Shown here: positions 8,173 through 16,968 of the stretch, in pieces | Layout: every line of letters begins with the position of its first letter | Numbering within the stretch: position 1 is the stretch's first letter | Notes under the pieces: model-generated | Databases searched by the model: none | What the model was told of the DNA's origin: nothing | The model's input: the letters and a program-made list of their open reading frames with translations, nothing else | Program-made: the position numbers and the translations under genes | Source of the DNA: Pyrinomonadaceae bacterium | GTDB lineage: Bacteria > Acidobacteriota > Blastocatellia > Pyrinomonadales > Pyrinomonadaceae | DNA: 64,000 nucleotides | Assembly: GCA_036388995.1 (NCBI GenBank) | Contig: DASVQU010000001.1 | Location: 81 to 64,080 of the forward strand | Direction of reading: 5' to 3'

Positions 8173-9546
8173 TTAATTTTGTTTCGGAAATTTAAGCTCA
8201 GCCGCCTGAATTTCGTGTTTCCATAATTCTTTGCCTGTTAAATCAATCGCGCTCATCGTCAATCGCCGCTCTTTTGCGGGTCCGGTTACTTCGATCATTC
8301 CAAAATTCTTCGTTCCCTTAACCAAAGTTCCGGCGACGCGATCCGGATTGTTTTCTTCGTTTTTATGAGGGTTTGAGTTTCCGGCGGTTAAAGGGCTGGA
8401 CGTAAAATCGTAAAGCGGGTAACTTCCGACATCATTTATACGAATCAGCTCGGTGTAGTGACGATCACCCGAAAGAAAAACGACGCCTTCGACGCGGGCG
8501 TCGCGAATAAAATCGAGCAGTCGACGATATTCGCCGGGAAATTGTTTGAACGATTCAAACGGATTGAACTGATTGAGCATTTGACTGCCGTTGACGACGA
8601 TTTTAAATGTGGCTTTGCTCGAACGCAGACTTTCAGTCAGCCAGCGCATTTGCCGCTCGCCGAGCATCACTTTGTCAGGCGAATTGGGCATTTCGTTTGG
8701 CGAACGGTAAAAGCGGTCGTCGAGCAGGAAAAATTCAACATCCGCCCATTCAAAACGCCCGAAAACGCCGGGCGTCTCCGGCTCGCCGTAAGTCGCGTTC
8801 GCCCAATAATCTTTGAATACGCGGAGCGCTTGTTCGCGTAAGCGATAGGTTCTATCGGAATCGTTCGGTCCGTAATCGTGATCGTCCCAAATCGCATAGT
8901 TGTGAGTTGTGGCTAAAAGCTGCTGCAATTGGGGCAGTTCGCGATTTTGCCGGAAGCGGTAGCGCATTCCGCTTTCGTTGAGCCAATCCGGTTCGCGGTA
9001 ATAAACGTTGTCGCCCAGCCAAATCATAAAATCCGGTTTTTTCGCGGCGATTGTGCTGAAAATTTCAAACCCGGAGCCGTAAGGCGTTCCCGGACGGTCA
9101 AACGGCGGATCGTTAATATAAGCGCACGAGCCTAAAGCAAAGCGAAAAGTGGGCGGCTCGGTGCGCCAGCGCCAATGCGGCTGCGTTTGAAAATTCGGTT
9201 GAAAATCAAACGTCACGCGCCGATTGTTCAGATAAACGTCGTAATCGTAGCGCGCGCCGAATTCCAATTGCGACAGCGTAAAACGCGCGATAAAATCGGC
9301 TTCTTCGTTGGTTCTAACGGTTTTACTAAATTTTACGTTTTTCGGCTCGCCCTGTTTCCAGTAGCGAATTTGCGCTTCCGCCGGTTGTTTTGTTTGCAGC
9401 CAAACGGCGGTTTCGGTCATTTCGCTGTAACCGAGCATCGGACCCGAACGCAAAAGGCTGTTTTGTCGCGCGGTTTGCGCTGCCGAGGGCACCATCAATA
9501 CGGTTAAAATCAGAAAGATAAAACACGTTTTTCTCATCTTTTTCAT
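8173..9546 (-). CDS. phoD: PhoD-like alkaline phosphatase/phosphodiesterase (secreted)
   Basis: Signal peptide present. Metallophosphatase motifs FALGSC, IWLGDNVYY, WDDHDYGPND and LSGDRHY. Confidence 0.75.
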   Translation of the reverse strand: MKKMRKTCFIFLILTVLMVPSAAQTARQNSLLRSGPMLGYSEMTETAVWLQTKQPAEAQIRYWKQGEPKNVKFSKTVRTNEEADFIARFTLSQLEFGARYDYDVYLNNRRVTFDFQPNFQTQPHWRWRTEPPTFRFALGSCAYINDPPFDRPGTPYGSGFEIFSTIAAKKPDFMIWLGDNVYYREPDWLNESGMRYRFRQNRELPQLQQLLATTHNYAIWDDHDYGPNDSDRTYRLREQALRVFKDYWANATYGEPETPGVFGRFEWADVEFFLLDDRFYRSPNEMPNSPDKVMLGERQMRWLTESLRSSKATFKIVVNGSQMLNQFNPFESFKQFPGEYRRLLDFIRDARVEGVVFLSGDRHYTELIRINDVGSYPLYDFTSSPLTAGNSNPHKNEENNPDRVAGTLVKGTKNFGMIEVTGPAKERRLTMSAIDLTGKELWKHEIQAAELKFPKQN

Positions 9547-9828
9547 TTTCTGTTTGAACGTTTTCTTAAAAGTTGCGTAAATAGATATTTACTGATAAAT
9601 TTTAACAGAACTTCAAGCCATTTCAGGCAAGCGAAAATTATTTAACAGGTTGTTCATACAGTTGTAAGAAACTGGTATGTTGCGGTTGATAAAAACGCTG
9701 TTCGCAATTATAAAGTCACAGCGCTGATTAACCCGCAACTAAACTCAATTTCACAAATAGGGAGCGGTGCCCATTGTGCGCCGAACAGTTAAATAAACAA
9801 CAGGTATTTTAATTAAAAGGACAAAATT

Positions 9829-12800
9829 ATGTCGAAATTTCCAATGCTTAATCTAACGCGCGTTTTAACGCTTGTAATCTTATGCTTCGCTGCAAGCAGC
9901 GGATTTGCCCAATCAACCGTCACGGGAGGTATTCGGGGAACGATTACAGACCCGCAGAGCGCAGTTTTGCCGAACGTAGCCGTAACGGTTACGAATGCCG
10001 GAACAAATCAAACCCAGACGGTAACAACCGATGAAAACGGTGTATATGTTGCCAGTAACCTTCAACCCGGCACTTATACTATTAACATTACGCAAACGGG
10101 CTTTGCCCCTTTTACCGGAAACAATGTAATTGTCGAAGTCGGTCAAGTCACGACGGTCAACATTCCGTTGACCGTCGGACAAGCGAGCGCGACTGTCGAA
10201 GTGACTGCGGAAGCTCCTGTTATCAATACTAATTCACAGGACTTTGCGACCAATATCAACGAGACTTCAATCCGCGATTTGCCGATTAACGGACGCCGCG
10301 CTTCCAACTTCGTGCTTTTAACGCCGGCGACTGTTCCCGACGGCAATTTCGGTTTGGTTAGTTTTCGCGGCATTTCCGGTTTGCTCAACAACAGCACCGT
10401 AGACGGCGGCGATAATAATCAATCATTCCAATCCGAAGAACGCGGACGCACGCGCATCGGATATGTTGTCAGCCAGGCTGCGATTCGCGAGTTTCAAGTC
10501 AACACATCGAATTACTCAGCCGAATACGGGCGTTCGGCGGGCGGCGTAGTGAATACGATCACAAAAAGCGGAACAAACGAATTTCGCGGGATGCTTTTTG
10601 AATACTACCGCAATAATAAATTCGGCGCGCGTAACCCCGCATCTTTCGTGCCGACTTTAGTAAATGGTTTCTCAAGTCAGGTAGGAATTAAACCGACAGA
10701 TGTTCGACATCAATTCGGCGGCGCAATCGGAGGTCCGATTATTAAAAACCGCCTGTTTTTCTTTTTCAGCTACGATCAGCAGAAACGCAACTTTCCCGGT
10801 ATCGGCAGATTTTCCACTCTGAACTACTTAAGTACGGCAGATACCGCATTATTGACAACTCCGCTTGGACAGCAGGTGCCTGGCAGACCGGCGGGAACTC
10901 TTGGAAGAGGGCTCACAAGCGCTCAGGTCAATAATACCTTAGAATTTTTAACTTCATTGACGGGCGAAACTCCGCGTCGAGGCGATCAGACAACTATCCT
11001 GCCAAAAATTGACTGGCAGATTAACGACAAAAATTTGTTTAGCGCAACCTATAATCGTTTGCGTTGGGAATCTCCCGCCGGTTTGCAGACACAAGCCACC
11101 AATACATTGGGACGAAGAAGCTTCGGCGATGATTTCGTGGATGTTGATACGCTGAATCTACGGTTGCAGTCAACGATTTCTCCTAATTTATTAAATGAGG
11201 CTCGTTTTCAATATGCTCGCGATAATGAATATGCGCTTAGTCAGGAGCCGCTTCCGGGCGAGCCGACAACAGCAACTACTTCTCAAGGTCAGCGCTCTCC
11301 ACAGGTTGCTTTGACAAATGGTTTAACATTTGGCACGACATCTAACTTTGAGCGTCTTCGTTATCCTTTTGAAAGCCGCGTTCAATTTGCGGATACCGTT
11401 ACATGGATTTCCGGTAGACATACCTTTAAATTCGGTGGCGATATTAATCGTGTAACCGATGATATTCAAAACTTAAACTCCGAAGCCGGTCAATTCACAT
11501 ACGGCAATATCAATGATTTTATTATTGATTACGTTAATTTCAAAACTCCTTTACCGGCGACGACGGGCTGTGCTACCGGAACACGGACAGTCGGCAGATG
11601 CTACACTGCTAATTATGTTCAAGGCGTAGGCATCTCGGGTTTAAAATTCAGCATGAACGAATACAGCTTCTTTTTGCAGGATGATTTTCGCTTCACGCCG
11701 CGTTTGACCATAAATATGGGTTTGCGTTACGAGTATCAAAAATTACCCGACGCAATAATACCGAATTCCAGCACTGCCGTTATCCCGATGGATGGCAGAA
11801 CTTTGGCGGAGGCAACGTCAACTTTGCCAAGCGATAAAAATAACTTTGGTCCGCGTATCGGTTTCGCATACGACTTGACGGGTGAAGGGAGAACGTCGCT
11901 CCGCGCTGGATACGGCATTTATTACGGACGCTTCCTTGGCGGACATGTTTGGAATAATTTGCTGAGAACCGGTAATCCCGCAGGACAAGGGACTGTAAAT
12001 ATAGCACAGGCATCCGGTCCAATTTTCCCAAACGTTCTGCCTAACAATAATCAAACACTTGCGGCAGCTACAATTAATTTTTACCAGGAAAATTTTCAAG
12101 CCCCGATGATTCATCAGTACGATTTGGTTCTTGAACATGAAATTGCTAAAAATACTGCTGTTTCGGTTTCGTATATCGGAAGCACGGGACGGTATTTGCC
12201 GACATTTGTAGAACAGAATATTATGCCGACGGGTGGAAGCCGAACTTTCAATGTTTATGGCGGAGATTTTAATGGACAATCTTTCACTTTGCCGTTATAT
12301 ACTCGCGTTAATACGCAGCTTCCTTCGCTGCTTCGGTTCCAAAGCTCGGTGAAATCCCAATATCACGCTTTAGTTTTACAAGGGAATCGCCGCTTGACGG
12401 ACGGCTTACAATTCCAAGCCAGCTATACTTTAGCGAAATCAACAGATACTGGACAAAATTCACAAATTACGACCAGTATCTTTAATCAACCGTTAGATCT
12501 TTTTAATCCAAACCTTGAAGAGGGACCGAGTAATTTTGATATACGTCATAAATTCGTCGCAAGCGCGGTTTATTCACCGACGCTTTACGATGGAAGTGAC
12601 AACACATTTTATAATTACTTGCTTAACGGCTGGTCGTTTGCCCCGATTTTCATATACTACTCAGGCTCTCCGTTTACCGGTTCAGGTCCTTCAAATTTAA
12701 ACGGCACTAACGGCAGCAATCGTTTCCCGCTTAACGGGCGCAACTCTTATCGTAATCCTGATCTTTGGAATGTAGATTTAAGAGTTTCAAAACGATTCAA

Positions 12801-13074
12801 TTTCACTGAAAGATATAATCTTGAGTTGTTGGCTGAAGGGTTTAATATCTTCAACCGAACCCAAGTTTCAGGTCTTAACTTCACCCAATATAGTTTACCG
12901 GTAAATACTGGAACTCAGCAAAACCCTGTTAATAACTGCGCTCCGGTTAATGGAACAACAACCAACGATCCAAACGGCTTATGTTCTCAGCCATCTTTTG
13001 GAACCATTTTCTCGACCGATAGCAATAACTTTCGCGAACGACAAATTCAGTTTGCCGTTCGATTCCACTTCTAA
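9829..13074 (+). CDS. TonB-dependent outer-membrane receptor with N-terminal carboxypeptidase-regulatory-like domain
   Basis: Signal peptide, then a CarboxypepD_reg-like segment (GGIRGTITDPQSAVLPNVAVTVTN...GTYTINI). A plug-like segment follows (INGRRASNFVLLTP...FRGISG). The long beta-barrel ends in an aromatic residue (RFHF). Confidence 0.85.
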   Translation: MSKFPMLNLTRVLTLVILCFAASSGFAQSTVTGGIRGTITDPQSAVLPNVAVTVTNAGTNQTQTVTTDENGVYVASNLQPGTYTINITQTGFAPFTGNNVIVEVGQVTTVNIPLTVGQASATVEVTAEAPVINTNSQDFATNINETSIRDLPINGRRASNFVLLTPATVPDGNFGLVSFRGISGLLNNSTVDGGDNNQSFQSEERGRTRIGYVVSQAAIREFQVNTSNYSAEYGRSAGGVVNTITKSGTNEFRGMLFEYYRNNKFGARNPASFVPTLVNGFSSQVGIKPTDVRHQFGGAIGGPIIKNRLFFFFSYDQQKRNFPGIGRFSTLNYLSTADTALLTTPLGQQVPGRPAGTLGRGLTSAQVNNTLEFLTSLTGETPRRGDQTTILPKIDWQINDKNLFSATYNRLRWESPAGLQTQATNTLGRRSFGDDFVDVDTLNLRLQSTISPNLLNEARFQYARDNEYALSQEPLPGEPTTATTSQGQRSPQVALTNGLTFGTTSNFERLRYPFESRVQFADTVTWISGRHTFKFGGDINRVTDDIQNLNSEAGQFTYGNINDFIIDYVNFKTPLPATTGCATGTRTVGRCYTANYVQGVGISGLKFSMNEYSFFLQDDFRFTPRLTINMGLRYEYQKLPDAIIPNSSTAVIPMDGRTLAEATSTLPSDKNNFGPRIGFAYDLTGEGRTSLRAGYGIYYGRFLGGHVWNNLLRTGNPAGQGTVNIAQASGPIFPNVLPNNNQTLAAATINFYQENFQAPMIHQYDLVLEHEIAKNTAVSVSYIGSTGRYLPTFVEQNIMPTGGSRTFNVYGGDFNGQSFTLPLYTRVNTQLPSLLRFQSSVKSQYHALVLQGNRRLTDGLQFQASYTLAKSTDTGQNSQITTSIFNQPLDLFNPNLEEGPSNFDIRHKFVASAVYSPTLYDGSDNTFYNYLLNGWSFAPIFIYYSGSPFTGSGPSNLNGTNGSNRFPLNGRNSYRNPDLWNVDLRVSKRFNFTERYNLELLAEGFNIFNRTQVSGLNFTQYSLPVNTGTQQNPVNNCAPVNGTTTNDPNGLCSQPSFGTIFSTDSNNFRERQIQFAVRFHF

Positions 13075-13104
13075 TTTTGCTGTTTATCTCAGCTAAAAAC
13101 TTAT

Positions 13105-13140
13105 GGGCGCGTTTCTTTTTAGAAACGCGCCCAATTTATT
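13105..13140 (+). terminator. rho-independent terminator after the TonB-dependent receptor gene
   Basis: GGGCGCGTTTC-tttta-GAAACGCGCCC followed by AATTTATTT. Confidence 0.75.
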
Positions 13141-13185
13141 TGGATCTCATTTATTTAAAATCTGCTCTAAAACAGTCTGAAACTT

Positions 13186-13215
13186 AAAAGGACGTGTTTC
13201 TACACGTCCTTTTTG
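13186..13215. terminator. bidirectional hairpin terminator
   Basis: AAAA-GGACGTG-tttcta-CACGTCC-TTTTT. Lies 30 nt beyond the stop of the 13245.. gene. Confidence 0.6.
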
Positions 13216-13244
13216 TTTGTCTGAAAATGTTTGAATTTTCAAAT

Positions 13245-13745
13245 CTATTGCGAATTGGTTTGCAGCAACAGCCTTTTCAATTCCGCATCAAAAACCTTAA
13301 AGCGGATTTTGGATTTTTTGACCGCCGGATGTTCATCGGTGTAAATCTCGCTCAAGATTTTCAGCTCGGCTTCGGCTTCCAGTTTGCGCGCGAGCATTTT
13401 GCCGACCGCCGGAGTCAAAGCCAGATATTGTTCGAGCGTGACGGTTTCCAGCCGTTTCAGAGCCGCGTCCAAAATTTGCAGACTCAGACGCTTTTCCCTG
13501 ACTTCGGGCGATTCTTCGGTGTAATCCGGCAACAAAACTTCCAAATCGGCGGCAACTTCGGTTCGTTTCATAACCAATTCTGCGTAAGCCGGACTGGTTT
13601 TGACATCGAGCTTGCGACCGATGGTTTTAATCGGCGCGGTGACGCTGGTCTGAGTTTGCGGAGCGGGCTTTTGCGGCTGCTGCGCGCCGATTTCAATTGT
13701 TTGAACGGCGAAAATAAAAGCGAAAATAAATAAAAGTCGAAGCAC
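13245..13745 (-). CDS. secreted coiled-coil protein (hypothetical)
   Basis: GTG start with AAGGAGA SD. Signal peptide MLRLLFIFAFIFAVQ. Two internal repeats: YTEESPEVREKRLSLQILDAALKRL and YTDEHPAVKKSKIRFKVFDAELKRL. Confidence 0.6.
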   Translation of the reverse strand: MLRLLFIFAFIFAVQTIEIGAQQPQKPAPQTQTSVTAPIKTIGRKLDVKTSPAYAELVMKRTEVAADLEVLLPDYTEESPEVREKRLSLQILDAALKRLETVTLEQYLALTPAVGKMLARKLEAEAELKILSEIYTDEHPAVKKSKIRFKVFDAELKRLLLQTNSQ

Positions 13746-13769
13746 AGTAAAATCTCCTTTGGAACAAAA

Positions 13770-13800
13770 AATAAAAAGCGCGTGAGATTAAACCACGCGC
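13770..13800 (-). terminator. second of two tandem terminators downstream of the LTD/FG-GAP gene
   Basis: Minus strand reads GCGCGTG-gtttaatct-CACGCGC-TTTTTATTTTTT. Confidence 0.55.
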
Positions 13801-13814
13801 CTTTAAGTTTACAC

Positions 13815-13860
13815 CAAAAAATTTCGTTTCAGCGATACGCTGCATCGCTGAAACGAAATT
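13815..13860 (-). terminator. strong rho-independent terminator downstream of the LTD/FG-GAP gene
   Basis: 16-bp stem ATTTCGTTTCAGCGAT / ATCGCTGAAACGAAAT. On the minus strand it is followed by TTTTTTGG. Confidence 0.8.
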
Positions 13861-13869
13861 ATCAACCGT

Positions 13870-15600
13870 TTACGGAGTAGCTATCAATGTCACAATCGGA
13901 GTAACTCTGAAGTTTGCTACCGGGTAATCGCCCTGCTGTCCCCATTTGAAGGCAAAATCAGCCGTTCCGAGAGTTTGCACGGGGCGTACGTAAAACGTGC
14001 CGTTAGACGGACGCCAAACCGCAATATCGAATTTGCCGTCGCCCGTGTAATCGCCGGGAACAAGAAGATCAGTCGGCGCGCCGAATTGATACGCTTGAAA
14101 TCCGCCCGCTTGCAGGCGGATAAAGAATGTCCACTGCGTTCCCTGACGTGCGACCGCATAATCGGTTCGCCCGTCGCCGTCATAATCGCCCGGTACAGGA
14201 ATGTCACCGGGCGCTCCGAAAGGAAATGCTTCGGTTCCGCCAGCCGATTTGGCAACGAAGAAAGTTCTCGTTGACGGACGATAAACAGCCGCGTCCATTC
14301 TGCCGTCGCCGTCGTAATCGCCAGGGACGGGAATGTCGCCCGCCGCGCCCCAGCAAATATATTGGAAACTGATTGCGGGCGTGGCGGAAGGACGATAAAA
14401 CCAGACTCCGGCATTCGGTCCGCATGGCAGCGGAGCCGCCGAAGTCGTCGTGCGGTAAACCGCCAGATCGGCTTTGTTATCGCCGTCGTAATCGCCTACG
14501 ACGGTTGGATTGTCGTTTAAAGTGCCGAATTGTTCGGTTTGAACCGAACCGCCGCTGCTGCGATTAATATGAAAATATCCGCGGTTTGCATCGTTTGGTA
14601 GAACTCGCCAAACGGCAGCATCATCTCTGCCGTCGCCGTCGTAATCTTCCGGCACGGGAACGTCTCCGCCGATGCCGACGCCAAGTCCGAAACTTAAAAT
14701 TGCGGCGCCTCCGCTGGTGCCGATTGCAGAGAGCCAGGTAGATTGCCCTTGCGAGCCGGAGGAGCGAACAACGACGAAGTCGCTTCTGCCGTCGCCGTTA
14801 AAATCAACCGGAACGTCTTTCGGAACAAACGTGCCGACGTTCGGCGCGCCCGGCGTCAGCGCTCCGCCGGTTGGGAAATTCGAGGTTCTGTTTGTTGCGC
14901 TGTAAACGTTCGAACTGCTCCCAGCCGCCGTATCAATCGCTCCGCCGTACCACGCGCCCGACGAAATAGGATTATTGTTGCCCGTAAAACGAGTTATTGC
15001 CTGCGGCGTAAGATTATTATTCTGTGTGACGACCTGTCCGTAATAAACAATGTCGCCGAAATCATCCTCAGCAACACCGATTGCGTCTAGAACCACAGCG
15101 CCCGCAGGCAAGGCTTCGAGCGTTCCGTCATTGTTGGTGTCGTAATCCGTACCTTCGACAATCGGAGTCGGACTGGTGACAAGCAAAAATGTAATAGTTC
15201 CGTTTTCAATTCCGCTCGCGCCGGTGTCGAGCTGCGTATCCGTAACCTGCGTTGCGCCCGCAGCAATCGTTCTGCCGGTGCAGGTTGTTGCCCCCGTGAT
15301 AATCAAAATACCGTTTGAACCAATGGTTCGACCGTTGAGATCAACCACCAAATCGGCAACTCCGGGGGTGCTAGATATATCGCCTTCGAGAGCGACTACA
15401 TAAGTATTGGTCAAAGTCGCGCCGGGCGCTCCGCGAATTTCGATATATTCGCACGGGTTGTCGGTTCCCGGCGGATTGATGACGATTTCATTTAAAAGCG
15501 TCGGTACCGTTTGTGCCGCCGCTTCAAGCAACGAGCCGAACAAAATGGCGCAAAAGAGCGCGAGCGTAAATAAAAGTTTTCTCATCCTTCTTTTCTCCAT
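13870..15600 (-). CDS. secreted lamin-tail-domain (LTD) protein with C-terminal FG-GAP/VCBS propeller
   Basis: The track start 15618 is TTG; ATG at 15600 (or 15585) precedes the signal peptide. LNEIVINPPGTDNPCEYIEIRG is the LTD signature. Six D.(D/N/T)GD(G/N) repeats lie in about 13870..14815. Confidence 0.7.
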   Translation of the reverse strand: MEKRRMRKLLFTLALFCAILFGSLLEAAAQTVPTLLNEIVINPPGTDNPCEYIEIRGAPGATLTNTYVVALEGDISSTPGVADLVVDLNGRTIGSNGILIITGATTCTGRTIAAGATQVTDTQLDTGASGIENGTITFLLVTSPTPIVEGTDYDTNNDGTLEALPAGAVVLDAIGVAEDDFGDIVYYGQVVTQNNNLTPQAITRFTGNNNPISSGAWYGGAIDTAAGSSSNVYSATNRTSNFPTGGALTPGAPNVGTFVPKDVPVDFNGDGRSDFVVVRSSGSQGQSTWLSAIGTSGGAAILSFGLGVGIGGDVPVPEDYDGDGRDDAAVWRVLPNDANRGYFHINRSSGGSVQTEQFGTLNDNPTVVGDYDGDNKADLAVYRTTTSAAPLPCGPNAGVWFYRPSATPAISFQYICWGAAGDIPVPGDYDGDGRMDAAVYRPSTRTFFVAKSAGGTEAFPFGAPGDIPVPGDYDGDGRTDYAVARQGTQWTFFIRLQAGGFQAYQFGAPTDLLVPGDYTGDGKFDIAVWRPSNGTFYVRPVQTLGTADFAFKWGQQGDYPVANFRVTPIVTLIATP

Positions 15601-15826
15601 CTCAGTTTTGCCGAACAAATTTTGTGCGCGAGTTCAAACGCGATAATGAGGCAGTTTTTAAATTCTCAAAACTGTTTCCCTGTCCGAAAATACCGCTGTT
15701 AAAAACAGCCGTTTGCCGCGACAAATTTGAATTGGCTTAATTTTAGCTGAGCAATATTAGGACGATATGACGAAAACAATCAAGAGGTTTTTGAACATGC
15801 GAAAATAAATTGTCTGGCTAAAGCGG

Positions 15827-16873
15827 TTAATTGATCTTCAGAGAAGGATTTGATTGCGCGGCAAGACGCGGGCGCGGCGCATTTTCGCTTGAATAGGCGA
15901 GAATCGTTCCGCCGAAACCGACTGCGAAACCGCGCTCTCGACCGAGAAAAACAATTCGTTCGAGGCGATGTGTCGTGTTGATTTTTTCGGGCGTCCAAGT
16001 GTTTCCGCTGTTTGTCGTGTGAAGCAGCGCGCCGCCGTCGCCCGCCGCCCAGCCTTCATTTGGCGTTACGAAGTGAACATCGAAAAGGTCTGCCGCGAGC
16101 GGAGAATTTTGTCCGCGCCAGGTTTTTCCGCCGTCGGCTGACGCGAAAATCCGACCGCCTGTACCAACCGCCCAGCCGAGCGAGCGTGTGGCGAAAAAGA
16201 CCGAATTAAAACGGGCGTTTTCCGCCGCGTAAACTCTGGCTTCGCGCCAAATGCCGCCGCCGTCGGCGGTGTGCAATATCGTTGCGCCCGCGCCGATTAA
16301 AACCGCTTCGCTTTGGTTAAAGATCGCGCCTCCGCGCAGAAGAAATCTAGTTGGCGAAACTTGTTTTTGCCAAATCTGGTTGTTTTCGAGCGCATAAACG
16401 CTGCCTAGCTCGCCGATTGCCCAAGCAGTCGTGCGGTCATCGGAAACGAGCAGACGGGTAAATTGCGGACTCGCTGTTTTGCTCGTCGGAAAAACGCCCG
16501 TTCGCTCCCAAGTCGCGCCGCCGTCGGTTGTGCGAAGCAAAACCGAGCGCGCTTCGCCCGCAGATTTGAGCTTGAAAATGTCGCGCTCGGCGAGCAGCCA
16601 GCCGTTATTTTCATCGGTGAAAAATACGTCGCGCAGATTATCTTCCGAAGGCTTCGCCGCCTTTTTCCAAGTCGCGCCGCCGTCGGTAGTCATCAGCAAA
16701 GTGCCATTGCTGCCCGCAATCCAGCCGCGTTTGGCGTCGAGAAAATAAATCGAGTGCAGCCAAGCCATCGTTCCCGAAGGCTGTTTGCGCCATTCGCCCG
16801 CATTTGCTTGCTGCAATAAAAAGATCGCGAGACAACAAAGCGCAGTTAGTCTGCAAAGTCTATTTTTAACCAC
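15827..16873 (-). CDS. BNR/Ycf48-like beta-propeller protein (secreted)
   Basis: Motifs TTDGGATWKK, TTDGGATWER, TADGGGIWRE, SADGGKTWRG and TTNSGNTW. The track N-terminus (to 16963) translates the hairpin repeat. GTG at 16873 gives (M)VKNRLCRLTALCCLAIFLLQQANA-GEW, a good signal peptide. The start is uncertain. Confidence 0.65.
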   Translation of the reverse strand: MVKNRLCRLTALCCLAIFLLQQANAGEWRKQPSGTMAWLHSIYFLDAKRGWIAGSNGTLLMTTDGGATWKKAAKPSEDNLRDVFFTDENNGWLLAERDIFKLKSAGEARSVLLRTTDGGATWERTGVFPTSKTASPQFTRLLVSDDRTTAWAIGELGSVYALENNQIWQKQVSPTRFLLRGGAIFNQSEAVLIGAGATILHTADGGGIWREARVYAAENARFNSVFFATRSLGWAVGTGGRIFASADGGKTWRGQNSPLAADLFDVHFVTPNEGWAAGDGGALLHTTNSGNTWTPEKINTTHRLERIVFLGRERGFAVGFGGTILAYSSENAPRPRLAAQSNPSLKIN

Positions 16874-16932
16874 AGAGACACAGAGACACAGAGTTTTTAT
16901 TTTTTTATCTCTGTGTCTCTGTGTCTCTGTGG
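16870..16932. repeat. tandem-repeat-armed hairpin, type A (CACAGAGA)n, copy 1
   Basis: CCACAGAGACACAGAGACACAGAG - 15-nt A/T loop - CTCTGTGTCTCTGTGTCTCTGTGG. Perfect 24-bp stem. Sits between the Wza-like gene and the BNR gene. Confidence 0.9.
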
Positions 16933-16968
16933 TGAAATTATTCGTTGAAAACAGAGTTATCATTTGGC

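Noticed and set aside
13245-13745. Calling the small secreted coiled-coil protein a Wzz/PCP fragment because of its two (T)(E/D)E(S/H)P(E/A)V motifs
   Set aside because: The resemblance is limited to a short motif. The protein has no TM helices and is not in the EPS locus, so I left it as hypothetical.
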